Part shown: piece after piece, positions 1 through 8,525 of the stretch | Position numbering within the stretch: the stretch's first letter is position 1 | Layout of the letters: each line of letters opens with the position of its first letter | DNA from: a virus | Taxonomy: Duplodnaviria; Heunggongvirae; Uroviricota; Caudoviricetes | Direction: 5' to 3' (one strand) | Length of the DNA: 64,000 bases | IMG/VR virus record: IMGVR_UViG_3300021255_000114 | Span: 32,001 to 96,000 of that record | Notes under the pieces: generated by a model | Seen by the model: the letters and a program-made list of their open reading frames with translations, nothing else | Told to the model about the DNA's origin: nothing | Databases searched by the model: none | Translations under genes and position numbers: made by a program

Positions 1-295
1 TTTCATATGGTGAAATGTACGCATTATTGATGTATAACGCGGTAAAGGTATTGCTTGAATTCCAAGTTTGACCGGTTGGTTCGACTGTGCCTAAAAGCCT
101 GTAATGATAACCTGTAACTTTGATGATTTTGGGTTGTGTGGAAATTAAAGTGATAGATTCCGATGCCGGAATGAATGTATAGCCTGTGGCGGCATTATCA
201 ATATCTGTAGTCGATGGTTTTTCCATATAATGGTACTCCACACGATCAGTGTTCACATTCTGACTATGGCGTCTGGAGACGTTTGTCTGTGGCAT
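1..295 (-). CDS. Partial ORF running off the window start; probable structural protein carrying the Tyr-rich repeat module
   Basis: Hand-translated from ATG at 295: MPQTNVSRRHSQNVNTDRVEYHYMEKPSTTDIDNAATGYTFIPASESITLISTQPKIIKVTGYHYRLLGTVEPTGQTWNSSNTF..., open to the window edge. TATTTATA lies upstream at 363-356. Confidence 0.7.
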   Translation of the reverse strand, partial: MPQTNVSRRHSQNVNTDRVEYHYMEKPSTTDIDNAATGYTFIPASESITLISTQPKIIKVTGYHYRLLGTVEPTGQTWNSSNTFTALYINNAYISPYE

Positions 296-355
296 ATGCA
301 CTTATGTTAATAATAGCAATTATTTTTACTGTATTCCGTAGCGACGGTTATTATA

Positions 356-363
356 TATAAATA
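356..363 (-). promoter_or_regulatory. Putative late promoter TATTTATA
   Basis: Exact copy of the octamer that recurs upstream of structural genes; it lies just past a terminator. Confidence 0.5.
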
Positions 364-384
364 TAGTCTAAAGATAGTTGCAAT

Positions 385-418
385 AAAAAACAGCACTTGC
401 CTCTTCGGTAGTGCTGTT
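385..418 (-). terminator. Rho-independent terminator
   Basis: Minus strand AACAGCACTACC-GAAGA-GGCAAGTGCTGTT followed by a T-tract, downstream of ORF 442-1566. Confidence 0.7.
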
Positions 419-441
419 CAATTTATTGAATCTTTAATAAA

Positions 442-1566
442 CTAAAAACCAATGTTTTTCAAATAGTTATTAAATTTTGACCAAGGAATAAATTCTTCCG
501 GATCTTCATCATAATGCACTCCGTTTTTTGAAATATACCCTTCGAATGGTTCACCTGTTGCTTTAACATATTTCGGGTCATTAATGGTTACAAATGCGAG
601 ACCATTCTCTCTAACGGGGGAAGCGGAGTCGAAAGAGACCAAGGGTGATATTTTTTGGTGGTTTAAGTCAATAAAATTATACTTTCCACCTTCTTTAACC
701 ATAATGAGGTCGTTGATTCGCTTATTCAAACCGGTATCAACTTTTTCCGTATCACGGAATTTCCTCACATCTTTACCAAGAAACGTGTGGACATCAACAT
801 CATAGAATATAGTATTGACGGTGTCTTGTGTGAACATATCGTTTTTCCAAGTGCGTCCCCGGTCGGTTGAATACGCAATAGGCAATATATTCTTGAAATC
901 CCTGATTACACAAACATAACCATCATGTCCCCCGAAAAAGATAAACCCTGCAATTCCGTGTTCAATAAGTACAGTATCACCGAGATTCTTCCACACTTGC
1001 AACACCGAAACCGACGTTTTTCCATTACTGGGTTCCATATCGGTCATACGTCCCCAAATACCTCTATGCATAAATTCTCTGCATTCTTCAGGTGTAAAGT
1101 ATTTATACATCTGTTTTGAAACTGGCCAATCTTTCCCATATACACGTTTTGCTATACTTTTATCATAAATCAAAAAATCGCTGAACTTGGATAAAACCAA
1201 CATTTTAACAAAAGTATCGCCATAAAAGCCGTGTTGCACATTCTTTTCACTTGAAGCAAGCCTATAAGTCGAGTATGTTCCGGGGCCATACATGTTGCCA
1301 CCTTTTGAGCCGGTAAAGGCCCTGTCAAAACCGTTCTTGAAAATCGAAGGGATGTTGCCATGCGCCGTAACCTGATATATGACAGGGAAGCCACAAATGT
1401 ATTCCTCACCTGTTTTTTTATCAAAATGACTGTTTTGCCTATCCTTGAAATCGTCAACGGTAAGACCTTCTTTGTTGTCGTATAATTCGGTTATTTCTTC
1501 TGTAATATATGTTCCTCCGACGGAGGGATTGTAGCCATTTATGAATTTGATTTTGTCTATATCCAT
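442..1566 (-). CDS. PARP/ADP-ribosyltransferase-like protein with a C-terminal WG-repeat-like segment
   Basis: aa 64-100 YQVT...I...GF...GNMYGPGTYST matches the PARP-type YHGT...GF...YGxGxYxT NAD-binding signature, with H replaced by Q. The C-terminal VKEGGKYNFIDLNHQKISPLVSFDSASPVRENGLAFV resembles a WG repeat. Confidence 0.6.
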   Translation of the reverse strand: MDIDKIKFINGYNPSVGGTYITEEITELYDNKEGLTVDDFKDRQNSHFDKKTGEEYICGFPVIYQVTAHGNIPSIFKNGFDRAFTGSKGGNMYGPGTYSTYRLASSEKNVQHGFYGDTFVKMLVLSKFSDFLIYDKSIAKRVYGKDWPVSKQMYKYFTPEECREFMHRGIWGRMTDMEPSNGKTSVSVLQVWKNLGDTVLIEHGIAGFIFFGGHDGYVCVIRDFKNILPIAYSTDRGRTWKNDMFTQDTVNTIFYDVDVHTFLGKDVRKFRDTEKVDTGLNKRINDLIMVKEGGKYNFIDLNHQKISPLVSFDSASPVRENGLAFVTINDPKYVKATGEPFEGYISKNGVHYDEDPEEFIPWSKFNNYLKNIGF

Positions 1567-1569
1567 GAT

Positions 1570-3282
1570 TCAGTAATATAACGGCTTTTTATTGAGGTTA
1601 TTCATACGAGTTAGCATTTCGTACATTTCATTCATGTTTTCATTGCGCTTTTGTGTGAACTCAGCATCACTCATACCATTGCTTGGTATAACCTGCAAGT
1701 CCAATAACTGTATTAATTTTTCGGGAGTGCAATAAACCCGGTTATTGGCAATACCTTCATTCATCGAACCGCTTGATTGTGGGGTAGCACCGACTTTTCT
1801 TTCTTCACCTTCGGGGAATTTGATAAGGTCACGGAGTTCTTTTACCTTCGCTTTTTTACCTTCATCAAGAAGTGTCAAAAGTCTGTTGATAATGGTACTA
1901 TAATGTGCCGCTTCCTCATGGGTAACTTTACCACCACGTACAGCAGCTAATGCATTTGCATCCCAAACACCACAAAAGTAAAGCACCATACCGGTTATAC
2001 GGTCTCTTGCCCTAACCCTATCACCGGGTTTTTTCACCTTATATTCATCCTCTAACCAACTATCTACCATATATCTCACAAGGTTCGGTAAGAGCATACT
2101 AAAATCAGGATTCTGTGATGGATGTGCCTTCCTTCCATATTGTATTGCAATCTGTTCCGTTTTTGGATTTTTTTCAAGATTTTCAACAAGTACAAGGTAT
2201 AGGAGTTTTGCATTGTCATTTATTAGGTTACGAATGCCTTCATAGCGTTTTTCTTTACCTTCTTTTGCACCAAGACTATTGACATAGTCAGTGGTAAGTT
2301 GGTTCATTTCACCGGTAAGATTATTGATAAAACCGTATGTATTCTGCAATTTTTCAGCATCTTTTGGTGACAGGGCGACAACATCCGAAACGTCATAGCC
2401 ATAAACAGGGAGATATTCACCATATAAATCAGAAACCTCCATAGCAAGTGCGTTTTTTGATTGAGTCGAATGTTCATATCCTTTGTCGAACTGAATACCC
2501 ATTATATCAGCACGTTCTTTTTGTTTTTTGTAATTGTTGTCAATGTTGCGTTTATTCGAATATGGCGCCCAATATAGGATTGGTTTCGCGCCGTCGCGCG
2601 GTACATGGTTATAGAGGCGCTTCCAATCATATGCCGTAAATATAAGTGTTGCATCAGGTTTTTGGGATAATATGAGTTGCGCATTGTTGAATGTAAGTTT
2701 ATGGCCGTAATGCCATTCATATACCTTGCCGAATATTTCAATAAAACGTTCAATCAGTTCGTTTGTTTCCCCGTTTCCAAGGTCTTGTACCATCTTAATC
2801 CATTTTTCATTGGCAAGACGTTCAACTTTTTCAATCTCACCGTTTTCGGGAATTTGAGAGGCTTGACGCCTTATTTCGTCAAGAATGGGCTCTTTGTAGT
2901 ATTGCTGCAATATTGCCACAGCCTTTAACATTATGTTCCAACCCTTATCGTTTTCCCTTTTGCAGTTATATGTGAAATTGTATGTGCCGTTTTGATTTTC
3001 ACCATGGAACCTTCCAAGTGTCTTCGATGATTTCCATATGGCTAAACCCGCTTTTTCGATGTCATCCAAGGCATCAAGTGAAACGTTTTTAAAATTTATG
3101 TTTAATGTGCGCACATTCAATGTTTTTTCACTGTTCGGGTCATTTGGGTTGTAGTCCATATTAGCCACCTTATTCCAATATGCACCAACACTCACAAAGA
3201 ATTGTCCACCGTTCTCCAAACCAACCTGTTCGTCTTCCCTGAGATATTGTCTTATATCATCATAAAATAAAAACTTCGCCAT
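1570..3282 (-). CDS. ArdC-N (DUF1738)-like ssDNA-binding domain protein
   Basis: LTFNNAQLILSQKPDATLIFTAYDWKRLYNHVPRDGAKPILYWAP...PVYGYDVSDV follows the ArdC-N pattern YSxxNxxLIxxQxPxAT...WxxxgrxvxkGxkxixixaP...VFDxsqt. Confidence 0.6.
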   Translation of the reverse strand: MAKFLFYDDIRQYLREDEQVGLENGGQFFVSVGAYWNKVANMDYNPNDPNSEKTLNVRTLNINFKNVSLDALDDIEKAGLAIWKSSKTLGRFHGENQNGTYNFTYNCKRENDKGWNIMLKAVAILQQYYKEPILDEIRRQASQIPENGEIEKVERLANEKWIKMVQDLGNGETNELIERFIEIFGKVYEWHYGHKLTFNNAQLILSQKPDATLIFTAYDWKRLYNHVPRDGAKPILYWAPYSNKRNIDNNYKKQKERADIMGIQFDKGYEHSTQSKNALAMEVSDLYGEYLPVYGYDVSDVVALSPKDAEKLQNTYGFINNLTGEMNQLTTDYVNSLGAKEGKEKRYEGIRNLINDNAKLLYLVLVENLEKNPKTEQIAIQYGRKAHPSQNPDFSMLLPNLVRYMVDSWLEDEYKVKKPGDRVRARDRITGMVLYFCGVWDANALAAVRGGKVTHEEAAHYSTIINRLLTLLDEGKKAKVKELRDLIKFPEGEERKVGATPQSSGSMNEGIANNRVYCTPEKLIQLLDLQVIPSNGMSDAEFTQKRNENMNEMYEMLTRMNNLNKKPLYY

Positions 3283-3342
3283 TTATATCATAGTATTTTC
3301 CGGTCGTTATTTTTGTTTTGAACAAAGTATAACGTTATTTAC

Positions 3343-3350
3343 TATAAATA
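3343..3350 (-). promoter_or_regulatory. Putative late promoter TATTTATA for the 3282-442 operon
   Basis: Exact octamer about 60 nt upstream of the ATG at 3282. Confidence 0.5.
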
Positions 3351-3352
3351 GT

Positions 3353-3799
3353 TTAGAAGCCAATATAATGCAATGTCAGGTCACGTTTTGCCAACTCTTC
3401 CTCAATATCGTCCAACAAATCGCCATAATGGAATATAAGTCTGACATTGGGATACTCTTCGTAGCCATCAATATTTTCATATGCCATTGCGACGCACCCG
3501 TCACAAACATCCTGGTAACTGCAACAGCAGTTTTCCTGGCCAAGGATAAAATCCACATCCGATTTTAGTTCGAGTACAGTTTCGTAATACTGCTCCTCGG
3601 GTTGCAAGTACCTGCAATTACATGCGGGTTTTTCACCCCACTCTTCAGCCCAAACATCATCTATATTCTTGGTGCACAGGAAATGGAACAACTTATTGCC
3701 TTCAGTATCCTCCCCAACCCTGACAATATAGATTACTTTCAATTTATCCGATTCGTCAACAGGTCTGTCTTCTACATTGAAATCAATTTCCTCTATCAT
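3353..3799 (-). CDS. Hypothetical protein (acidic, Cys-containing)
   Basis: 148-aa ORF, ATGA-coupled to the upstream gene. Confidence 0.75.
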   Translation of the reverse strand: MIEEIDFNVEDRPVDESDKLKVIYIVRVGEDTEGNKLFHFLCTKNIDDVWAEEWGEKPACNCRYLQPEEQYYETVLELKSDVDFILGQENCCCSYQDVCDGCVAMAYENIDGYEEYPNVRLIFHYGDLLDDIEEELAKRDLTLHYIGF

Positions 3800-4185
3800 T
3801 TAACTTCAAGTTTAAGAATAATATTACTAGTTAGTTTTTCTGTTTCATCGATAAGAGGCTCCTCCACATTATCACTTTCTTTCTCCGGTTCAGGAAAGAC
3901 AGCAATATCTTGAAAATAGTCAGGGTAAATATCAAAACTGAATTGAGGTATTCTCAAATTGAATATTGAAGTTTCATGGTCGCCTCCAATATGGTTTTCT
4001 GTGTATGGAAAACCGGGTTCGTTAGTTTCAGTCATTGTAAGATAACAATTATGCAGAAGTCTATTACAGAAATTGTATTTCAAAACAATGTCAAACCCAT
4101 TGTTAGGGTCAATAGTAACTTCCTCACCATCTTTATTTCTGAAGCAAATAAGGAAATTTGTACCTTCTATAGTTCTATTCATCAT
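3796..4185 (-). CDS. Hypothetical protein
   Basis: 129-aa ORF in a tightly packed minus-strand operon. Confidence 0.7.
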   Translation of the reverse strand: MMNRTIEGTNFLICFRNKDGEEVTIDPNNGFDIVLKYNFCNRLLHNCYLTMTETNEPGFPYTENHIGGDHETSIFNLRIPQFSFDIYPDYFQDIAVFPEPEKESDNVEEPLIDETEKLTSNIILKLEVK

Positions 4186-4464
4186 TTATACACAATTATC
4201 GTCTAATTCAATGTTATTTGAGAGTTTTTCTTCGGCTCTATCATCCCCTTTTGAAATATTTGTGTTTTTCGGAACAATTTCAAGAATAATACTGTCATTT
4301 CCTTCACACCGGCCGGGAGAAATTCGTGATACAATGCAGTTTCCTCCATGGAAACGTGTACCATAGTAGTTTATATCGATATCAAACCAACCTTGATTGG
4401 CCTTCACAGAGAATCTTTCTCCAATACGGTTGGTTATAACGATATCAGGTTGTACGTTTATCAT
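4186..4464 (-). CDS. Hypothetical protein
   Basis: 92-aa ORF abutting its neighbours. Confidence 0.65.
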   Translation of the reverse strand: MINVQPDIVITNRIGERFSVKANQGWFDIDINYYGTRFHGGNCIVSRISPGRCEGNDSIILEIVPKNTNISKGDDRAEEKLSNNIELDDNCV

Positions 4465-4622
4465 TTTGCCATTTGTTTTTGTGTTTCCGATTTGATTGTT
4501 TGATCCATAAGGTAGCCTTTATAAAGCGCATTCATGTAAATAAAATGTTCATAACTATATTTCCCGTTATGTTTTTCTGTTGCTTCTTTTACAAATTGTT
4601 CTTTTGTTTTTTTCTGTGCCAT
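4461..4622 (-). pseudogene. 53-aa ORF resembling a truncated N-terminal repeat of phage homing endonucleases
   Basis: Hand-translated MAQKKTKEQFVKEATEKHNGKYSYEHFIYMNALYKGY... resembles the KKTTEEFIxxAxxxHGxKYDYSxVxYxNxxTKV repeat, but it lacks the Cys residues and nuclease domain that normally follow. Confidence 0.5.
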
Positions 4623-4661
4623 GTTATTAGTATATACCCAATTTATTATACTAATAAATGC

Positions 4662-6614
4662 TTACTTATCGTTTTCTGATTTAATTAATTCTTCTGACAA
4701 ATAACTTTTATATAACACTTTGTTGAACATTTCTTCTGAAATGCTGTCATTAAAAAGCATATAAATACATTCAACATCTCTTGTCTGCGTAAGTCTATGA
4801 ATCCTCGATTCGCTTTGTTTGTTTACTGCTGATACCCAATCATAATTGTTAAAAATACAAAAACGTGATGCCGGAAGAGACAAACCAACCCCACTAGCAA
4901 TTAGATTTCCAACAAAAACCATAACATTTTTATCATTGTTAAAAGCGTATTGTGCTTCATCTTTCTGTTTAATATTCATTTTACCATTATAGCACACCGC
5001 TTTTTTACCATAGTAATTCATAAGCATATCCATTTCTTTTTGATATGCAGTGAATATAACTACTTTGTCACCATCTTCAATAATTTCGTCAGCGGCTTCT
5101 ATTGTATGTTGTACCATTTCCCTTCCAAAAAACTGCCTAATAAGACCGCCCTCAATCAATTTACGATTTTTGTCAATATCTGTTTCGTCGGAATATTCAT
5201 CCCAAAAGTCTGAGTATTCATCACCAATTGAAATTTGGTATCCGTCTTGTGCTTTGACATAATCAGACCACAGTTTTGAATATTTTACACGTTGTTCATC
5301 GGTGAAATCGAAATATCTACGGGTAATTTTTTTATCAACCATAGTTCCAACATCGGTTGTGAGTCTACGAATATAGCAATCTTTGATTTTATCTCTCAAT
5401 TCATCCAAATTTTGTGGTTCTCCGAATGTAATATATTTTCCACCGTCTTTTTTCTTATGTTCAACGGCATTCATGAACCGTTTTGCGTAATATTGGTAAT
5501 CTTTCGTTACATCGGCATTGATGAGATTGAGAATGTTGTAAAGATTCATTGGATTATTGGTCAATGGGGTGCCGGTAAGAAGAAAAACATAATTTGGATT
5601 TGATTTTCTCAGGAAATCATAAATGGTTTTGTATCTGATAGACCCTTTGTTTGACAGTTTTTGTGCCTCGTCAATGATAACACAATCAAAGTTATGGAGA
5701 AACAGCGGAGAATTCGCCAATGCTTTTGAAATATCACTCTTTTTCCTTGATTTCTGCATTTTCTGAACGAGTTTTCCGTTCTTTTTAACCATAACCGGTT
5801 TTTTTATAACCTCAGACACATTACCGTCAGCGTCAAGTATCTCCATTTCTTCAAAAACAGGCTCCTCGGCAACTTCATAGAAGTTCTGTACAATTTCGTA
5901 ATTGATAATGGTGAATTTGGGGGTATCGTCGCGCCATTTTTTTCCATTGACTATTTGGACATCATCGTTACCAACCAAACGAAGACATTCACGTTTCCAA
6001 TTAGTCTTGAGTGATGCCGGAGAAATAACCAAAACATGCTCTGCACCCGATTCAAGTGAAGCAATTATTGATGTAAGTGTTTTGCCTGTACCCTGTTCGT
6101 CTGCACAGATACATTTTTTGCTTGCAACAAGGAATTTTACACCCTCTCTTTGATAGTCTTTCAGTGTAAACGGATTTTTTTCGAGTTTTGAAGTATGGTT
6201 GTCATATTTAGCAAAATCGATGTCGAAATTCTTCCAATCAATGGTAAATAGTTTGCCTAACAAACCTTTCTTCTGTATATAAGCAAGTTTTACACCTTCG
6301 CTTTGTCTATATTTGAAGTAGGCATGATAACTGTCTCCCATTTCACCGACAATCTTCGTTATCAGTATTTTTTCAGGAACAAATTCAAGTTTATACTTCT
6401 CAAACAGTTTCTGTCCGAGTTCAGGTGTTATCTTGATTACCTTATTAGGTTCAAGCGGGATGTAATCCTTGTTTTTGTTGATGTATTGAATGTCGAAGTC
6501 GGACAATACTTTACCTCCACGCTTATATTGTGATGAAAGCATAGATATATACGGATTAAGTCCTTTATAATCCTCAAGTATCTCATATGCTTTTGTTATC
6601 TTCGTCTTTGCCAT
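4662..6614 (-). CDS. SNF2/SWI2-family helicase/ATPase
   Basis: LKDYQREGVKFL, ADEQGTGKT (Walker A), ISPASLKTNW, IIDEAQ (Walker B), LTGTPLTN, SGVGLSL and QSESRIHR. Confidence 0.93.
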   Translation of the reverse strand: MAKTKITKAYEILEDYKGLNPYISMLSSQYKRGGKVLSDFDIQYINKNKDYIPLEPNKVIKITPELGQKLFEKYKLEFVPEKILITKIVGEMGDSYHAYFKYRQSEGVKLAYIQKKGLLGKLFTIDWKNFDIDFAKYDNHTSKLEKNPFTLKDYQREGVKFLVASKKCICADEQGTGKTLTSIIASLESGAEHVLVISPASLKTNWKRECLRLVGNDDVQIVNGKKWRDDTPKFTIINYEIVQNFYEVAEEPVFEEMEILDADGNVSEVIKKPVMVKKNGKLVQKMQKSRKKSDISKALANSPLFLHNFDCVIIDEAQKLSNKGSIRYKTIYDFLRKSNPNYVFLLTGTPLTNNPMNLYNILNLINADVTKDYQYYAKRFMNAVEHKKKDGGKYITFGEPQNLDELRDKIKDCYIRRLTTDVGTMVDKKITRRYFDFTDEQRVKYSKLWSDYVKAQDGYQISIGDEYSDFWDEYSDETDIDKNRKLIEGGLIRQFFGREMVQHTIEAADEIIEDGDKVVIFTAYQKEMDMLMNYYGKKAVCYNGKMNIKQKDEAQYAFNNDKNVMVFVGNLIASGVGLSLPASRFCIFNNYDWVSAVNKQSESRIHRLTQTRDVECIYMLFNDSISEEMFNKVLYKSYLSEELIKSENDK

Positions 6615-6622
6615 ACTTGTAG

Positions 6623-6636
6623 TAAATATACTATTT
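6623..6636 (-). promoter_or_regulatory. Putative early/middle promoter element AAATAGTATATTTA
   Basis: The same AA(A/G)TAGTATATTT word occurs upstream of 36482, 40080 and 42491. Confidence 0.45.
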
Positions 6637-6681
6637 TTACACTATTTATGTTATAATAAATGTAACTTTTTTTGACAGGGA

Positions 6682-7203
6682 ATGCCAAATAACACTTTTA
6701 CACCGATTAACAGGAACAAGATTTTCTATTCCGAGCGCGAATTCGACTATGAAACGGATTTGCTTATGGATTACATTGAAGGTGACCTGAACCAAACAGT
6801 TGTGGTATACCCCGTTGATAGGGAGAAAACACAGGTCAACGCCATTACGCAAAATGCGACCAATGGCATACGTTTCAAAAATCCAATTGAAATACCCTGC
6901 CAATATGAAATTGAGGATTCTGAAATTAAAACATTTGATAAGAAGACATCAAATGGTGTGTATGCTTTGTCCGGTAATCTTACTGTCTATGCGCTTACAA
7001 AAATACTCGAAAAATATGAATGTGAAATAAGTAGGGGTGATTATGTCGGAGTGTATGTCGATGAGGGCAGGATGACCTACTTTGTTGTTACAGACGATGG
7101 TAAGGTTAATACAAGTAATAAAAACTATGTCGGTGCTTATCGCCCTGTATGGAGATTGATAAAAGCATCCCCTGTGAGTAATGATGAATTTAATGGTCAG
7201 TAA
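6682..7203 (+). CDS. Putative neck/head-closure protein
   Basis: First gene of the tail morphogenesis block. Size and position before the terminator and sheath genes fit; TATTTATG lies upstream at 6643-6650. Confidence 0.5.
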   Translation: MPNNTFTPINRNKIFYSEREFDYETDLLMDYIEGDLNQTVVVYPVDREKTQVNAITQNATNGIRFKNPIEIPCQYEIEDSEIKTFDKKTSNGVYALSGNLTVYALTKILEKYECEISRGDYVGVYVDEGRMTYFVVTDDGKVNTSNKNYVGAYRPVWRLIKASPVSNDEFNGQ

Positions 7204-7214
7204 ATTAATGAATT

Positions 7215-8243
7215 ATGCCTCAAAGTCCAAAAAGAAATATAACGAAGTTATCACTCGTACCTAATATTGAGGGTACACTTAGGCGAATCGAAAATGCCAG
7301 AGAGGCTTTTGATGAGAACCTGATATTCCCTAAACCTGTGGAATATGAAGATATTGATAGGGCAGTATTGGAGTTTGTCAGGGATAATATCCATTTACAG
7401 GCCGATGGTAAGGAGGCACCCACATTCACCCTATTCAGCAATCAGCGTTTCTCGGAATATTCGCAAACTTGGGAGCATGTTGATGCCGAGGGGAATCTTT
7501 TGATGGATTTCAAAACAGTAAATAGAGAGAGTAATCCTACATGGGGGGATAATCAAGGTGGTGCCTTTAATATACCTGGCGATAGACGTTACACGATACA
7601 GATGAAGGAAGTTCTTGATGATAACGGTACAGAATCATATGAAGTCTATTCTATGGGACAGCCTTTGTCGATTAATTTGGATTATACGGTAAATTACGTA
7701 ACGGCGGATTGGGACAAGTTGAATGATTTCAACTTACAGTTAAATGAACTTTTTAAGTCGATTCAATGCTATATCAAGCCGAACGGGTGGTATATGCCCA
7801 TAAAACTTGAGTCTATTGACGATGAGACGGAATATGCGGTAGATAATCGCAAAATTTATATTCAGAGTGCAGGTTTGAGTGTTCAGGGCATAATTTCACC
7901 GAAGTCAAGTTACAAAATAGAGAAATTCCCGAAAAGGAAATTTATAGGAACCGCGTTTGACAAGAACAGAAACAAGGCACATGTGGATGTCGAGGAGAAT
8001 ATTGGAGGTGATAGGATAACCATCAGTTTTTCCGCAGGTGTCGATAAGACAGAATTCACATTTGACGATAAACTTTACATCAGTGAATTTGAAAAAGAGA
8101 ATGTGAGGGATTTTACAATCTACATAGATGGAGAGAAAATCACCAATCCATACGAGGGTATCACCCTTTATGACGGTTCAGAGGTAAAAATCAAGATAAA
8201 TAATGTTGAAAAAGGCCTCCCGGCGACCCTCATACTTCATTAA
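7215..8243 (+). CDS. Putative tail terminator/completion protein (gp15-like)
   Basis: Lies between the neck and sheath genes. The EDIDRAVLEF...P.SINLDYTVNY...LNDFNLQL pattern is typical of tail terminators. Confidence 0.5.
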   Translation: MPQSPKRNITKLSLVPNIEGTLRRIENAREAFDENLIFPKPVEYEDIDRAVLEFVRDNIHLQADGKEAPTFTLFSNQRFSEYSQTWEHVDAEGNLLMDFKTVNRESNPTWGDNQGGAFNIPGDRRYTIQMKEVLDDNGTESYEVYSMGQPLSINLDYTVNYVTADWDKLNDFNLQLNELFKSIQCYIKPNGWYMPIKLESIDDETEYAVDNRKIYIQSAGLSVQGIISPKSSYKIEKFPKRKFIGTAFDKNRNKAHVDVEENIGGDRITISFSAGVDKTEFTFDDKLYISEFEKENVRDFTIYIDGEKITNPYEGITLYDGSEVKIKINNVEKGLPATLILH

Positions 8244-8316
8244 TTTCCTGAAAAATTTTTCCAGTGACTGTTGTTATAGTGACTTATCGATCATTATATA
8301 CGTACAGTAACTGATC

Positions 8317-8352
8317 ATTATAATAATAATTTATTTTATTTATTATTATAAT
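8317..8352. repeat. AT-only inverted repeat (13-bp arms) in a 280-bp intergenic region
   Basis: ATTATAATAATAA (8317-8329) pairs with TTATTATTATAAT (8340-8352) across a 10-nt loop. Confidence 0.7.
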
Positions 8353-8470
8353 AATATTATACTAGAAGTGATAGTAGTTAAACGTAGATACTGGTTTGTT
8401 TAACGATCATACCAGCAACTCCAAAATAGTTTAAAAATACCGGAAAATATCAATTCACAAAATTGGCTGA

Positions 8471-8478
8471 TATTTATA
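8471..8478 (+). promoter_or_regulatory. Putative late promoter TATTTATA
   Basis: Exact octamer 47 nt upstream of the sheath ATG. Confidence 0.55.
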
Positions 8479-8525
8479 TAGTAAGACTTAATAAGGAAAA
8501 TAATAATATCAAAGTTTAAAGAATA

